Origin: Paracoccaceae bacterium
GTDB taxonomy: Bacteria; Pseudomonadota; Alphaproteobacteria; Rhodobacterales; Rhodobacteraceae
Direction of reading: 5' to 3'
Assembly: GCA_026709265.1 (NCBI GenBank)
Contig: JAPOTI010000091.1
Span: forward strand, 17,451 to 81,450
DNA: 64,000 bases
Every line of letters begins with the position of its first letter. Position 1 is the first letter of the stretch. The notes beneath the pieces are model-generated. The model was not told where the DNA came from and did no database searches. It saw only the letters and a list, made by a program, of their open reading frames with translations. Shown here in pieces: positions 8,057 to 17,204 of the stretch. A program made the position numbers and the translations under genes.

Positions 8057-9628
8057 ATGACCCGTCAACGCCTGCCCATTGGCATCCAGGACTTCGCCCG
8101 GCTCCGGCAAACCGACAGCTACTATGTCGACAAGACGCCGCTGATCCGGGACCTGATTGAGCGGGGCGATCACTGGTTTCTCTCCCGGCCCCGGCGGTTC
8201 GGCAAGAGTCTGCTGGTGGACACGCTCAAGGCGCTGTTCGCGGGGCAGGAGGAATTGTTCCGGGGGCTGGACATTCATGATCACTGGGACTGGTCGGTCA
8301 CCCACCCCGTGGTGCGATTGAGCTTTGACAGGAAGTATGACGGGCCCGAGGATATCGAACGTAACCTCGCCAATCAACTCGGCCTGATCGAACATGCGGC
8401 CGGATTGGATCCTCCCAACCCCGCGGAAGCCCCTCCCGAACGTTTGCGAACTCTCCTCTACCACCTTCATGGGAGGTCAGGACAGCGGGTCGTGGTCCTC
8501 GTCGATGAGTATGACAAGCCGATCCTGGACGGGTTGCCTGACCTGGATCGGGCCCGCGCCAACCGGGAGGCGCTGCGCAGTGTCTACGGCATCATCAAGG
8601 ACAGCGCGGAGTATGTCCGCTTCGTTTTCGTCACCGGGGTCAGCATGTTCTCCAAGGTCAGCCTGTTCTCGGACATGAACAATCTCAAGGATATCAGCCT
8701 GGATCCCCGCTTTGCCACGATCTGCGGCTATACCGATGCCGATATCGACACCGTGTTCGCCCCGGAACTCGCCGGGCTGGACCGGGATGAGATCCGCTCC
8801 TGGTACAATGGCTACAACTGGCGGGGGGAGACGCGGCTCTACAATCCCTTCGATGTCCTCTTGCTGTTGGATAACCGGGAGTTTGAGCCCTACTGGTTCG
8901 AGACGGGCTCGCCGACCTTCCTGTTCGAGACCCTCAAGGCCCAGTCCATCAACCCGATGGAACTGGAGAACCGGATGGCCGACGAGTCGCTGGTGTCAAC
9001 ATTCGAGATCGATGACATTGACGTCAAAGCCCTGTTGTTCCAGACGGGTTATCTGACCATCACAGATGAGCAGAGTGAGGGGTTCGACACGCTCTATCAG
9101 CTCGACTATCCCAACCAGGAGGTGCGGATCAGTCTGAACCGGGGATTGCTGCAGTCTCTGGGCAAGACGGTCACGGAAGCGCGGGGCCAGGGACGTGATC
9201 TCTGTGCGCTTCTCGAAGCCAACGACTTCGCCGGCTTTGCCGAGACCCTCAAGGCTTACCTGGCCAGTATTCCCTATGCGTGGCACAACAACGATCTGGC
9301 GCGCTATGAGGCCTGGTCTGCCAGCCTGCTGCAGATGTGTTTCCGCGCCATTGGTGTCGATATGCGCGCCGAGGAGGCGTCCAGCCATGGGAGCGCCGAC
9401 ATGGTGGTCGAAACAGGCGGGCAGGTGTTCGTGCTGGAATTCAAGATGGCGGAGACGGACGCGGACATTGAGACGAAGATGGCAGAGGCGTTCACCCAGA
9501 TGCGGGATCGGGGCTATGCGAATCGGTACCGGGATCGCGATGAACCCATCCATCGGATCGCGGTGGTCTGCGGGCGCGAGGCGCGCAACCTGCTGGAGGT
9601 GCGGACAGAACAGGTGAACAGCTCCTGA
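8057..9628 (+). CDS. AAA-ATPase-like domain fused to a C-terminal PD-(D/E)XK nuclease-like domain
   Basis: The N-terminus LPIGIQDFARLRQTDSYYVDKTPLIRDLIE...FLSRPRRFGKSLLVDTLKALF and VLVDEYDKP match the predicted AAA-ATPase family. The C-terminus GSADMVVETGGQVFVLEFK fits a D...E.K nuclease core. Confidence 0.8.
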   Translation: MTRQRLPIGIQDFARLRQTDSYYVDKTPLIRDLIERGDHWFLSRPRRFGKSLLVDTLKALFAGQEELFRGLDIHDHWDWSVTHPVVRLSFDRKYDGPEDIERNLANQLGLIEHAAGLDPPNPAEAPPERLRTLLYHLHGRSGQRVVVLVDEYDKPILDGLPDLDRARANREALRSVYGIIKDSAEYVRFVFVTGVSMFSKVSLFSDMNNLKDISLDPRFATICGYTDADIDTVFAPELAGLDRDEIRSWYNGYNWRGETRLYNPFDVLLLLDNREFEPYWFETGSPTFLFETLKAQSINPMELENRMADESLVSTFEIDDIDVKALLFQTGYLTITDEQSEGFDTLYQLDYPNQEVRISLNRGLLQSLGKTVTEARGQGRDLCALLEANDFAGFAETLKAYLASIPYAWHNNDLARYEAWSASLLQMCFRAIGVDMRAEEASSHGSADMVVETGGQVFVLEFKMAETDADIETKMAEAFTQMRDRGYANRYRDRDEPIHRIAVVCGREARNLLEVRTEQVNSS

Positions 9629-9780
9629 ACACGGGGTCCACGTGACCATTGAAACGGGGACCGTCACAGAAACTGAACGTCTGTGCTGTCCCAATGAATC
9701 CTTGGGAACGAAAGTTCAACGTTCCTGCGAGTGAGGCGACCCATCGGGAACTCGTGATGAATCCGTGACGGGGGTCTTCC

Positions 9781-9999
9781 GGTCATCCCGGAGCTTTCCG
9801 CATCACCCGACAACAGCTGTCAATTCACCAACCCTCTTCTTCTGATTCTGCGTCTCTTTGCGACGGTGGAGGATCTCTGTCCATTCCTTGACATAATAGG
9901 ACAGAAACACATGAGAAAACTCTCTCTACTTGCCGCCGCCGCGATGGTGGCAGGCGGCAGTGCTTTCGCGATGGACGGCGGTGGCGTCTCCATCAGCGG
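9781..9999. repeat. Right arm of the perfect 219 bp inverted repeat
   Basis: Reverse complement of 6741-6959. Confidence 0.95.
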
Positions 10000-11608
10000 A
10001 GAAGCCAACTTCGGGGTGAAATTCGCCGAAAGCGATGACGACTCCAAGAGCGAACTGCAGTTCCACCATGAGTTCAAGGTGACCTTTGCGGCCTCCGGCA
10101 CAACGGACGGCGGAATTGGTTTCGGCGGTAAAATGACGCTGGATAACACGGAGAGTGTGACCAGCGGGAAAGTAACCCCGGCGAAGACGGGTTACATTGT
10201 GACCGCAGATGATTTGGATGCTGCCGGACTCAAACGTCTTGCCGCACGTTTTGGATTTAGTCCCGTCGGCTTAAAAGAAGGCGATATCATTGTCAGTGGC
10301 AGCAAGACAAACTTCTCGGGGTTTGAGCAGGTCAAATCGGCTGATATTCCGGGGCATTTCGAAACAAAACCACGGTCTGCCACAGTCGGGGACACGATTT
10401 TCTTGAACACCGGCACTACATTTACCCGAGCAGCAGACGATAGCAGTCCTACTACCTTTACTGTGGTCACTGCTGTTGCTGCGGCTGGCGGTGCAGAGAT
10501 TACTGAAGACGCGGAATTCACAACGGGTAACGTTCTAACTATCAATGCGGCAGGTGACACTCTCACGGTCGTAGCAGATCAAGATGCATTTGATGCTTTA
10601 TCTGCGGAGGCACAAGCAACGTCGATTATTGCCGCAAATGCGAATGCACGTTATCGGATTCTCAATGCTGGTCATACATATACAGTGACTGAAAGTACGC
10701 GCATCAGCGATCAAGACGTCATTAATGCCCGCTCACAAGCCTACATTGATGGCCTGTCCGCATCGGTTGCCGCTTCCGACAAGCAGAAAGTCAACAATCA
10801 CGGCGAAGTCTATATCTCGATGGACATGCACAAGCTGACGATTGGCTCTGACCTGGATGCCGCCGACAAACTGGCAGGTGGTCTGGCCGATCCCGGATTT
10901 GACGGCATCGGCATCGATGACGTCGCCGAAGGTGTCTACGGGAAATCGGCCAAACAGGTCCGCTACGATGGCGACTTCGGTGTCGCCTCAGTCGCGATCT
11001 CTTATGGCGACAATGCCGGTGATGCGGCCTGGGCCGCCGGGTTCAGTTTCAATGTGGAACCCGTGACCTTCGGAGCTGGTTTTGACAGTCTGGGAGTCAT
11101 GTCAATTGGCATGGGCTTTACCCAAGGCCAAATTTCGATGAACGCCTTGTACTCCACCGACAGCGATCATGATGAAGCTGACAATGAAGCCATCGCCGAT
11201 GTCGCAAAGGCGCGGATTAAAGACAGCGCAGATTATAATGCCAAGATTGGCGGTCTGAATAACGCTTCAAAAGTCGGCAATAAACCGGACCTGAAAAACC
11301 AAGCCATTGGCGTGGATGTCAGCTACAAGATGAACGAAACAACGTCCGTTGTTTTGGTAGCCGCGCAGCACAAGAAAGAGTCCGCGCGTTGGAGTCAGGC
11401 TTGGACAGGAACGACTGTAGGAACTGGTGCTGATACAGACCTCAAGAGAGCCCCTGCCGACGACAAATGGGTCACCACCTCCACCACCGTGGACGCCTTC
11501 GGAGTCGGCTTCTCACATGATCTCGGCGGCGGGGCGACCCTGAAAGCCGGTGCGGGCTCGGTGGACAGCAACGCGGTGGCTGACTTGGGTATCACCATGA
11601 AATTCTGA
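9911..11608 (+). CDS. Outer-membrane porin, paralog B
   Basis: Same signal peptide and N-terminus as paralog A. The barrel core is almost identical at protein level (NHGEVYISMDMHKLTIGSDLDAADKLAGGLADPGFDGIGIDDVAEG... differs from A at only three residues) and the C-terminus is identical (...GGGATLKAGAGSVDSNAVADLGITMKF). The ~210 aa middle segment is unrelated to that of paralog A. Confidence 0.8.
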   Translation: MRKLSLLAAAAMVAGGSAFAMDGGGVSISGEANFGVKFAESDDDSKSELQFHHEFKVTFAASGTTDGGIGFGGKMTLDNTESVTSGKVTPAKTGYIVTADDLDAAGLKRLAARFGFSPVGLKEGDIIVSGSKTNFSGFEQVKSADIPGHFETKPRSATVGDTIFLNTGTTFTRAADDSSPTTFTVVTAVAAAGGAEITEDAEFTTGNVLTINAAGDTLTVVADQDAFDALSAEAQATSIIAANANARYRILNAGHTYTVTESTRISDQDVINARSQAYIDGLSASVAASDKQKVNNHGEVYISMDMHKLTIGSDLDAADKLAGGLADPGFDGIGIDDVAEGVYGKSAKQVRYDGDFGVASVAISYGDNAGDAAWAAGFSFNVEPVTFGAGFDSLGVMSIGMGFTQGQISMNALYSTDSDHDEADNEAIADVAKARIKDSADYNAKIGGLNNASKVGNKPDLKNQAIGVDVSYKMNETTSVVLVAAQHKKESARWSQAWTGTTVGTGADTDLKRAPADDKWVTTSTTVDAFGVGFSHDLGGGATLKAGAGSVDSNAVADLGITMKF

Positions 11609-11631
11609 CCACGGGTCAGGATAAGAGATTT

Positions 11632-11665
11632 GAGGGGGCGGCTGAGAGGCCGCCCTCTTTTTTGT
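11632..11665 (+). terminator. Rho-independent terminator of porin paralog B
   Basis: GAGGGGGCGGC-TGAG-AGGCCGCCCTC followed by TTTTTT. The sequence is related to the paralog A terminator. Confidence 0.65.
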
Positions 11666-11949
11666 GAACTTTCAGTTGTGTTGATGGGTGCGCTCCACAA
11701 GCGATGTGTCTTTGGACTGGGTTGAAGTGATCGCCGTTTGCAATTTGATTGATTGAGGGCGGGTGGGTCGGGCCACAATTTCTGAGACTGATGCTGTCCT
11801 TTCGAGCAGATCCGAGCTTTGCCGTGTCATTCCATGGGATCTGGATGATGCCAGGCAGTTTGATGACATGAATTGGACTTGAAACTGTCTGAACTCTGGT
11901 GTAGCTCTTGCATTCGTATGCAAACAGTGGGTCTGGCTTTTCGAGGGAC

Positions 11950-13002
11950 ATGGCCACAATAGAGTTACGAAATATCACCAAACGCTGGGGGAATTTTACC
12001 GGCGTTGAGCGGTTCGATCTGACCGTCGCTGACCGTGAATTTCTCGTTCTGCTCGGACCTTCGGGCTGCGGCAAGACCACCACCATGCGGATGGTGGCCG
12101 GGCTCGAGGATGTGACCGAAGGCGAAATCCGTATCGACGGCAAACGCGTCAATGAACTCGACCCCAAAGACCGGGACGTGGCCATGGTGTTTCAATCCTA
12201 TGGTCTCTATCCCAACATGAATGTCTTCGAGAATATCCGTTTTCCGCTACGTGTGCGCAAGATCGATCCGGCTTTTCACGAGGAACGGGTCCGGCGCGCC
12301 GCGGCGATGGTCGAACTCAATGACTTCCTGCACCGCAAGCCCGCCGAACTTTCCGGCGGCCAACGCCAGCGGGTGGCCCTGGCCCGTGCAATCGTGCGCG
12401 AACCCAATGTCTTTCTGATGGATGAACCCCTGTCCAATCTCGATGCCAAGCTCCGCGTGTCAACCCGCGCCCAGATCAAGAATCTCAGCCATGAACTCAA
12501 GGTCACCACCCTCTATGTCACCCATGACCAGATCGAGGCGATGACCCTCGCAGATCGCGTGGTGGTGATGAATAAAGGCGTGGTGCAACAGGTGGGAACC
12601 CCCTCAGACATCTATGATCGCCCGGCCAATACATTTGTCGCCGGTTTTATCGGCTCACCCGCCATGAACCTGATCAATGGCGAATTGCATGACGGAACAT
12701 TCCGGGCCGAACATATCGAGATCAATGGGCTGACAGCACCGAACGGCAACGTCACATTGGGATTTCGTGCCGAAGACGCGCGCGTGGACACGGGAAACAG
12801 CGAGATTGCCGCGCCGATCTATACCATTGAACTGCTCGGTGAAGCGGTGATGCTCACCCTGCGCGCGGGCGACGCCCTGATATCGGTGAAAGCGACCAAG
12901 AATTACCGGGCCGGGATCGGCGATAGCGTCAATGTCAAGGTGCCACCTGAAATCTGTCGTCTGTTCGACGCGGAGTCAGGCCAGGTGATTGAGACCGGTT
13001 AG
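11950..13002 (+). CDS. ABC transporter ATP-binding protein (MalK/UgpC type)
   Basis: Walker A GPSGCGKTT, signature LSGGQRQRVALARA, Walker B FLMDEPLSNLD, and a C-terminal regulatory-domain extension. Confidence 0.85.
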   Translation: MATIELRNITKRWGNFTGVERFDLTVADREFLVLLGPSGCGKTTTMRMVAGLEDVTEGEIRIDGKRVNELDPKDRDVAMVFQSYGLYPNMNVFENIRFPLRVRKIDPAFHEERVRRAAAMVELNDFLHRKPAELSGGQRQRVALARAIVREPNVFLMDEPLSNLDAKLRVSTRAQIKNLSHELKVTTLYVTHDQIEAMTLADRVVVMNKGVVQQVGTPSDIYDRPANTFVAGFIGSPAMNLINGELHDGTFRAEHIEINGLTAPNGNVTLGFRAEDARVDTGNSEIAAPIYTIELLGEAVMLTLRAGDALISVKATKNYRAGIGDSVNVKVPPEICRLFDAESGQVIETG

Positions 13003-13093
13003 TCGGTCGCATGGAGCCGCCCGATATGGCGGAAAATCAATAGGGCCGGGCAGGTGATGTTTCGGTCACAACGCAATGAGAGGAGAATATCCG

Positions 13094-14302
13094 ATGAGGT
13101 TTTTCAAACTTTTGGCCGTGGGTGCCGTGGCACTGAACTCAGGCGGTGCCTTTGCCGGCTGCGCCTATGAGAATGATGTGCCCATCAAGTCGCTTTCGGC
13201 AGGATTTGAGGCGTGGAAAGCGGTCACAGAGGCGATGGCCGAATGCGGCAATCTCGAAGCGGAACTGGATCAGGAATTTCGGACCAAACAACCCGCTGCC
13301 TTTGCCGCGGACCCGTCTCTCTACCATATCGGTGGAGTCTCGAACGGCACGTTCACCCCGCTTTTCGATGCCAAGACCATCCGCCCGCTGGATGATCTCG
13401 TCGCAAAATACGGCCAGCAACTCAAACCCAACCAACTCATCAGGGTCGATGGCCAGACCTGGGCAATCGCCATGATGGTCAACGCACAGCATCTCATGTA
13501 CCGCAATGATATCTTTGCTGATCTCGGGATCACACCGCCCACGACCTATGAGGAATTCCTGGCGGCGGCAGAGACCATCCAGAATGCCGGTGTCGTCGAT
13601 TACCCGGTGGGCGGCACGTACAAGACAGGCTGGAACCTGGCGCAGGAATTCGTCAACAATTTCTTCGGCCACGGCGGTGATTTCTTCGACGACAACAATA
13701 TGCCGACCATCAACAATGAAGCCGGCATTGCAACGCTCGAGCTGATGAAGGCACTGACAGACTATATGGATCCTGAATATCTGACATCGGACTCCACCTA
13801 TGTGCAGCAGCAGTTCCAGCAGGGAAAAATCGCCATGTCCAATTTGTGGGCCTCGCGGGCAGCCGCAATGGATGATCCCAATGAGAGCACGGTGGTCGGC
13901 AAAGTGACAATGGCCGGTGCCCCGCAAGGGCCGGGCGGGACCGCATCCACGCTCTGGTGGGACGGAATCGTCATTGCCGCCAATATTTCAGATGACGCGA
14001 CCGATGCGGCTTTCCGGCTGGCCATGGAAGGGATGGATACCGACATGGTCACCGCCAATAACGATGCGGCTGTCTGGCTGATTGACGGCTATGTCGCCGG
14101 ACCCGCCGCAGCGGGGGCTGCCGCTACGGCTGCATCGGGCGCACGACCGTATCCATCCTTGGCGGCCATGGGGCTGATGCATACCGCGCTGGGCTCCGGC
14201 GTGTCGGATTATCTGACCGGTGCCAAGGATGCCACGACCACACTGGCGGATATCGAGGCGGAATATCTGACGGCCGCCCGGGATGCCGGTCTGATCAACT
14301 GA
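13094..14302 (+). CDS. ABC transporter periplasmic substrate-binding protein (family 1, sugar/polyol type)
   Basis: Signal peptide MRFFKLLAVGAVALNSGGAFA. Size and position within the ABC operon. Confidence 0.75.
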   Translation: MRFFKLLAVGAVALNSGGAFAGCAYENDVPIKSLSAGFEAWKAVTEAMAECGNLEAELDQEFRTKQPAAFAADPSLYHIGGVSNGTFTPLFDAKTIRPLDDLVAKYGQQLKPNQLIRVDGQTWAIAMMVNAQHLMYRNDIFADLGITPPTTYEEFLAAAETIQNAGVVDYPVGGTYKTGWNLAQEFVNNFFGHGGDFFDDNNMPTINNEAGIATLELMKALTDYMDPEYLTSDSTYVQQQFQQGKIAMSNLWASRAAAMDDPNESTVVGKVTMAGAPQGPGGTASTLWWDGIVIAANISDDATDAAFRLAMEGMDTDMVTANNDAAVWLIDGYVAGPAAAGAAATAASGARPYPSLAAMGLMHTALGSGVSDYLTGAKDATTTLADIEAEYLTAARDAGLIN

Positions 14303-14391
14303 ATGAATGTGAAGGGCACCTGACACGGTGCCCTTCCTGTGATCGCATGGATGTATCGACGGTTCGGACAGATCGCGGGGAGAGCTAGAGA

Positions 14392-15414
14392 GTGAAATTC
14401 AAAACTTTCGCCGCATTTGTTGGCCCATCAATATTCCTGATGCTGGTTTTCATCGCCTGGCCACTGGCCAACGTGTTGTGGCAGAGTTTTCATGTGACCA
14501 GTGTCAAATTCGAGCAATCCGAAGTTGAGGTCTGTACGCCGGGTTTTTTGACCTCAACCTGTACGGTTGAGGTCCGCATGCAGCCGATCCTGGATTCATA
14601 CGGGGATCCTGTCACCGAGACCAAATTTGTCGGCTGGCAGAGCTATCGCAACGTGCTCGAGCCTGCACGATTCCTTGCCGGTTTACAGGATCTGAGTTGG
14701 GAACAGGTGATGGTGATTGATTTTTGGAAAGCCTTGCGATTCACCCTCACCTTCACCCTCATCACACTGCCGCTGGTGATCGGTGTGGGCCTGCTGATCG
14801 CCCTCGCTGTGAATAACGCAATCCAATCGTTGCGCGGGCAGATCATCTTTGTCTCTTTGCTTCCTTTCATCATCACACCGGTGATCGGCGCTTTGTCCAT
14901 CCGCTGGCTGTTTGTGGGTGACGGCATTCTGACAGCGTTCCTGGAATGGCTGCTGAAGGCCGATATCGCGATGCTCGCCAATCCCTGGACCCTCGAACTC
15001 CTGATGATGTTTTACCGTGTCTGGCACGTCGCACCTTTTGCCTTCATTATCCTCTATGCCGGGTTGCAGACGGTCAATCACGATACGCTTGAGAGCGCGG
15101 TGATCGATGGGGCCAGTCGGTTTGAACGCCTGCGTTTCGTGACCATCCCGCATCTTATGCCATTGATCATATTCATTGCGCTGATTCACCTCATGGACTC
15201 CTACAGGGTTTTTGAAGAGATCGTCGGATTCTCTTCGCAGGCACATGTCATTTCCCTGCAATGGCTGACCTATGATCTGCTCACGCCTGATGATGCCGGC
15301 AATCGTGCCATCAGTCGGGCCTCGGCAAGTGCCATGCTGACCATGATCGGTATTGTGGTGATCCTGATTCCGCTGCTCGGCAAGACCTGGCGGGACCATA
15401 AGGGGGTGTCATGA
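14392..15414 (+). CDS. ABC transporter permease
   Basis: Multi-pass membrane protein with an EAA-like loop (ESAVIDGASRFERLRFVTIP). GTG start. Confidence 0.8.
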   Translation: MKFKTFAAFVGPSIFLMLVFIAWPLANVLWQSFHVTSVKFEQSEVEVCTPGFLTSTCTVEVRMQPILDSYGDPVTETKFVGWQSYRNVLEPARFLAGLQDLSWEQVMVIDFWKALRFTLTFTLITLPLVIGVGLLIALAVNNAIQSLRGQIIFVSLLPFIITPVIGALSIRWLFVGDGILTAFLEWLLKADIAMLANPWTLELLMMFYRVWHVAPFAFIILYAGLQTVNHDTLESAVIDGASRFERLRFVTIPHLMPLIIFIALIHLMDSYRVFEEIVGFSSQAHVISLQWLTYDLLTPDDAGNRAISRASASAMLTMIGIVVILIPLLGKTWRDHKGVS

Positions 15415-16574
15415 TGAGGGCGGTCCCGCGCGCCATGCGACAGTCGCCACAGCTTCGGGCCATCTCCGCGATCTTTCTCGTGTCCTGGTGCGTCATCGCA
15501 GCATTTCCAATCTTCTGGATTGCTGTCATGAGCTTTAAATCACCAATTGACGCCTTTGCTTCCAACCCGTTGCATGTGATCTTTGGCCCGGCAACCCGCG
15601 CGGCCGGTCAGGGACTTTCAATCCTTGACATCATTGTTGGACTCGGCGTGTTATGGGGCTTCATCCATTTTGCCATGCGCGATTTGCCGCGTTATGCAAG
15701 GCAGTGGGCACCGTTCGGGAATCTGCTGCTCTACTGGTTGGCCGCAGCGCTCGTTTTTGCTGTCATCTTTATCGCCGTATTTTTCGGGTTGTTGCCGCCA
15801 CTATTGCGGATCGCCAATGGATTGTCAGGGCCCATCGGTTCACCGATTATCGGTTTCACCGTCGAACATTATCAGTCGATATGGATCGACAGCAGCTTTT
15901 ACCGGAACTTCATCAATTCGATGATGGTGACCGCAGGTGTCGTCGTCATCTCCCTGACAGTTGGCACACTCGCCGGCTATGGGATCGCGCGGTCAGGGTC
16001 CCATCTCGCCTTCTGGCTGCTGATCATTGCATTGATATTTCGCGCATTGCCGCACGCGGTCCTGGTGGCCGGATATCTTCCGGTGTTCATCAACTCAGCG
16101 GAATTGCTGCGCCCGATCCTCGGTGACCTGTCACCGACCTTTTATGGCAAGCCGGTTGCCGTGATTGCGGTGATGGTGGCGATCAATCAACCCTTTACGA
16201 TCTGGATGCTGCGGTCTTTCTTCCAGAATATTCCCAGGGATCTGGACGAGGCCGCACGGGTTGACGGCTGTACGCATTTCCAGGCCTTTCGCTGGGTCAT
16301 CATGCCGGTGATGTGGCCCGGTGTCATCACGGCCGGACTGTTCAGCTTTCTCCTGGCGTATAATGACTTTTTGGTGGCTTCACTGCTGCTGGACGCCCAA
16401 AACCAGACCATGGTTCCGGCCATTGCCGGATTCTTCAATCGTGAAACCACGACGACAGATCAGGTGCGGGCCGTCGCAGCCGCTGTCTCAATCACCGCAC
16501 CTTTGTTCCTGTTGATCATGGTCTTTCAGCGCCAGATCGTCAGCGGACTCACCGCCGGTGCGGTAAAAGGGTAG
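15411..16574 (+). CDS. ABC transporter permease (second subunit, long N-terminal extension)
   Basis: Its ATG overlaps the stop of the preceding permease (ATGA). EAA-like loop DEAARVDGCTHFQAFRWVIMP. Confidence 0.8.
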   Translation: MMRAVPRAMRQSPQLRAISAIFLVSWCVIAAFPIFWIAVMSFKSPIDAFASNPLHVIFGPATRAAGQGLSILDIIVGLGVLWGFIHFAMRDLPRYARQWAPFGNLLLYWLAAALVFAVIFIAVFFGLLPPLLRIANGLSGPIGSPIIGFTVEHYQSIWIDSSFYRNFINSMMVTAGVVVISLTVGTLAGYGIARSGSHLAFWLLIIALIFRALPHAVLVAGYLPVFINSAELLRPILGDLSPTFYGKPVAVIAVMVAINQPFTIWMLRSFFQNIPRDLDEAARVDGCTHFQAFRWVIMPVMWPGVITAGLFSFLLAYNDFLVASLLLDAQNQTMVPAIAGFFNRETTTTDQVRAVAAAVSITAPLFLLIMVFQRQIVSGLTAGAVKG

Positions 16575-16579
16575 GGGAC

Positions 16580-17167
16580 ATGACAGATCCATCCCATGAC
16601 ACATGCGGACAGAGGGGAGCCCGGCCCGATCAGGCCCCGCTCACCAAAGGTGCCGACCTGTCTCAAACGGCACAGACCCGTCAGGTGATTGAATCCATGG
16701 TCAATGCACTGAACGACCATCGGATTGACGATATTGGCGAGTTCTTTGCCGATGACATGACCTGGCGGGGCAATTTCGGTTGCGGCGTGAAACGTGGATT
16801 GAAAGAATTCCAGGACAATTGGCAACGCCCGTTTCAGGCCGCTTTCTCCGGGAAAGTCTGTCTTGATGAAGCCCGCCTCTATATGGGTGAGTGGGCCGCC
16901 GCGTTCGGCCGTCAGGAAGCCATCCATAGCGGTGATTTTTTTGGCATTGCGGCCACCGGGAAACGCGTGACCATTCGCTACATGGATTTCTGGCGGGTGG
17001 CAGACGGCAAGATCGCTGACAATTGGGTCATGGTCGATTTCGCCGATGTCCTGCACCAATTGGGGGTTGATATCTTTGATGGCCAGGGTTGGGAGCGGTT
17101 TGACCGCTCCGATGCCGAAGCCCCACAGCCCGACACTGAAACCAAGCCACAACGGGGTGGAAAATGA
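16580..17167 (+). CDS. SnoaL-like / predicted ester cyclase family protein
   Basis: The pattern NDHRIDDIGEFFADDMTWRGNFG...IRYMDFWRVADGKIADNWVMVDF is typical of NTF2-fold ester cyclases. Confidence 0.6.
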   Translation: MTDPSHDTCGQRGARPDQAPLTKGADLSQTAQTRQVIESMVNALNDHRIDDIGEFFADDMTWRGNFGCGVKRGLKEFQDNWQRPFQAAFSGKVCLDEARLYMGEWAAAFGRQEAIHSGDFFGIAATGKRVTIRYMDFWRVADGKIADNWVMVDFADVLHQLGVDIFDGQGWERFDRSDAEAPQPDTETKPQRGGK

Positions 17168-17204
17168 AGCCAAATCCCCATGATCAGACAGGGACGGACA
17201 CGTC

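Noticed and set aside
13139-13927. Long antisense ORFs in the track (this one, and also 14683-15399, 16526-17485, 17403-18437, 21583-22380, 8996-9694, 31576-32403, 46455-47099 and similar)
   Set aside because: They lie opposite genes with clear family motifs. They are Arg/Gly/His/Cys-rich and lack motifs, so they are shadow ORFs expected in GC-rich DNA.
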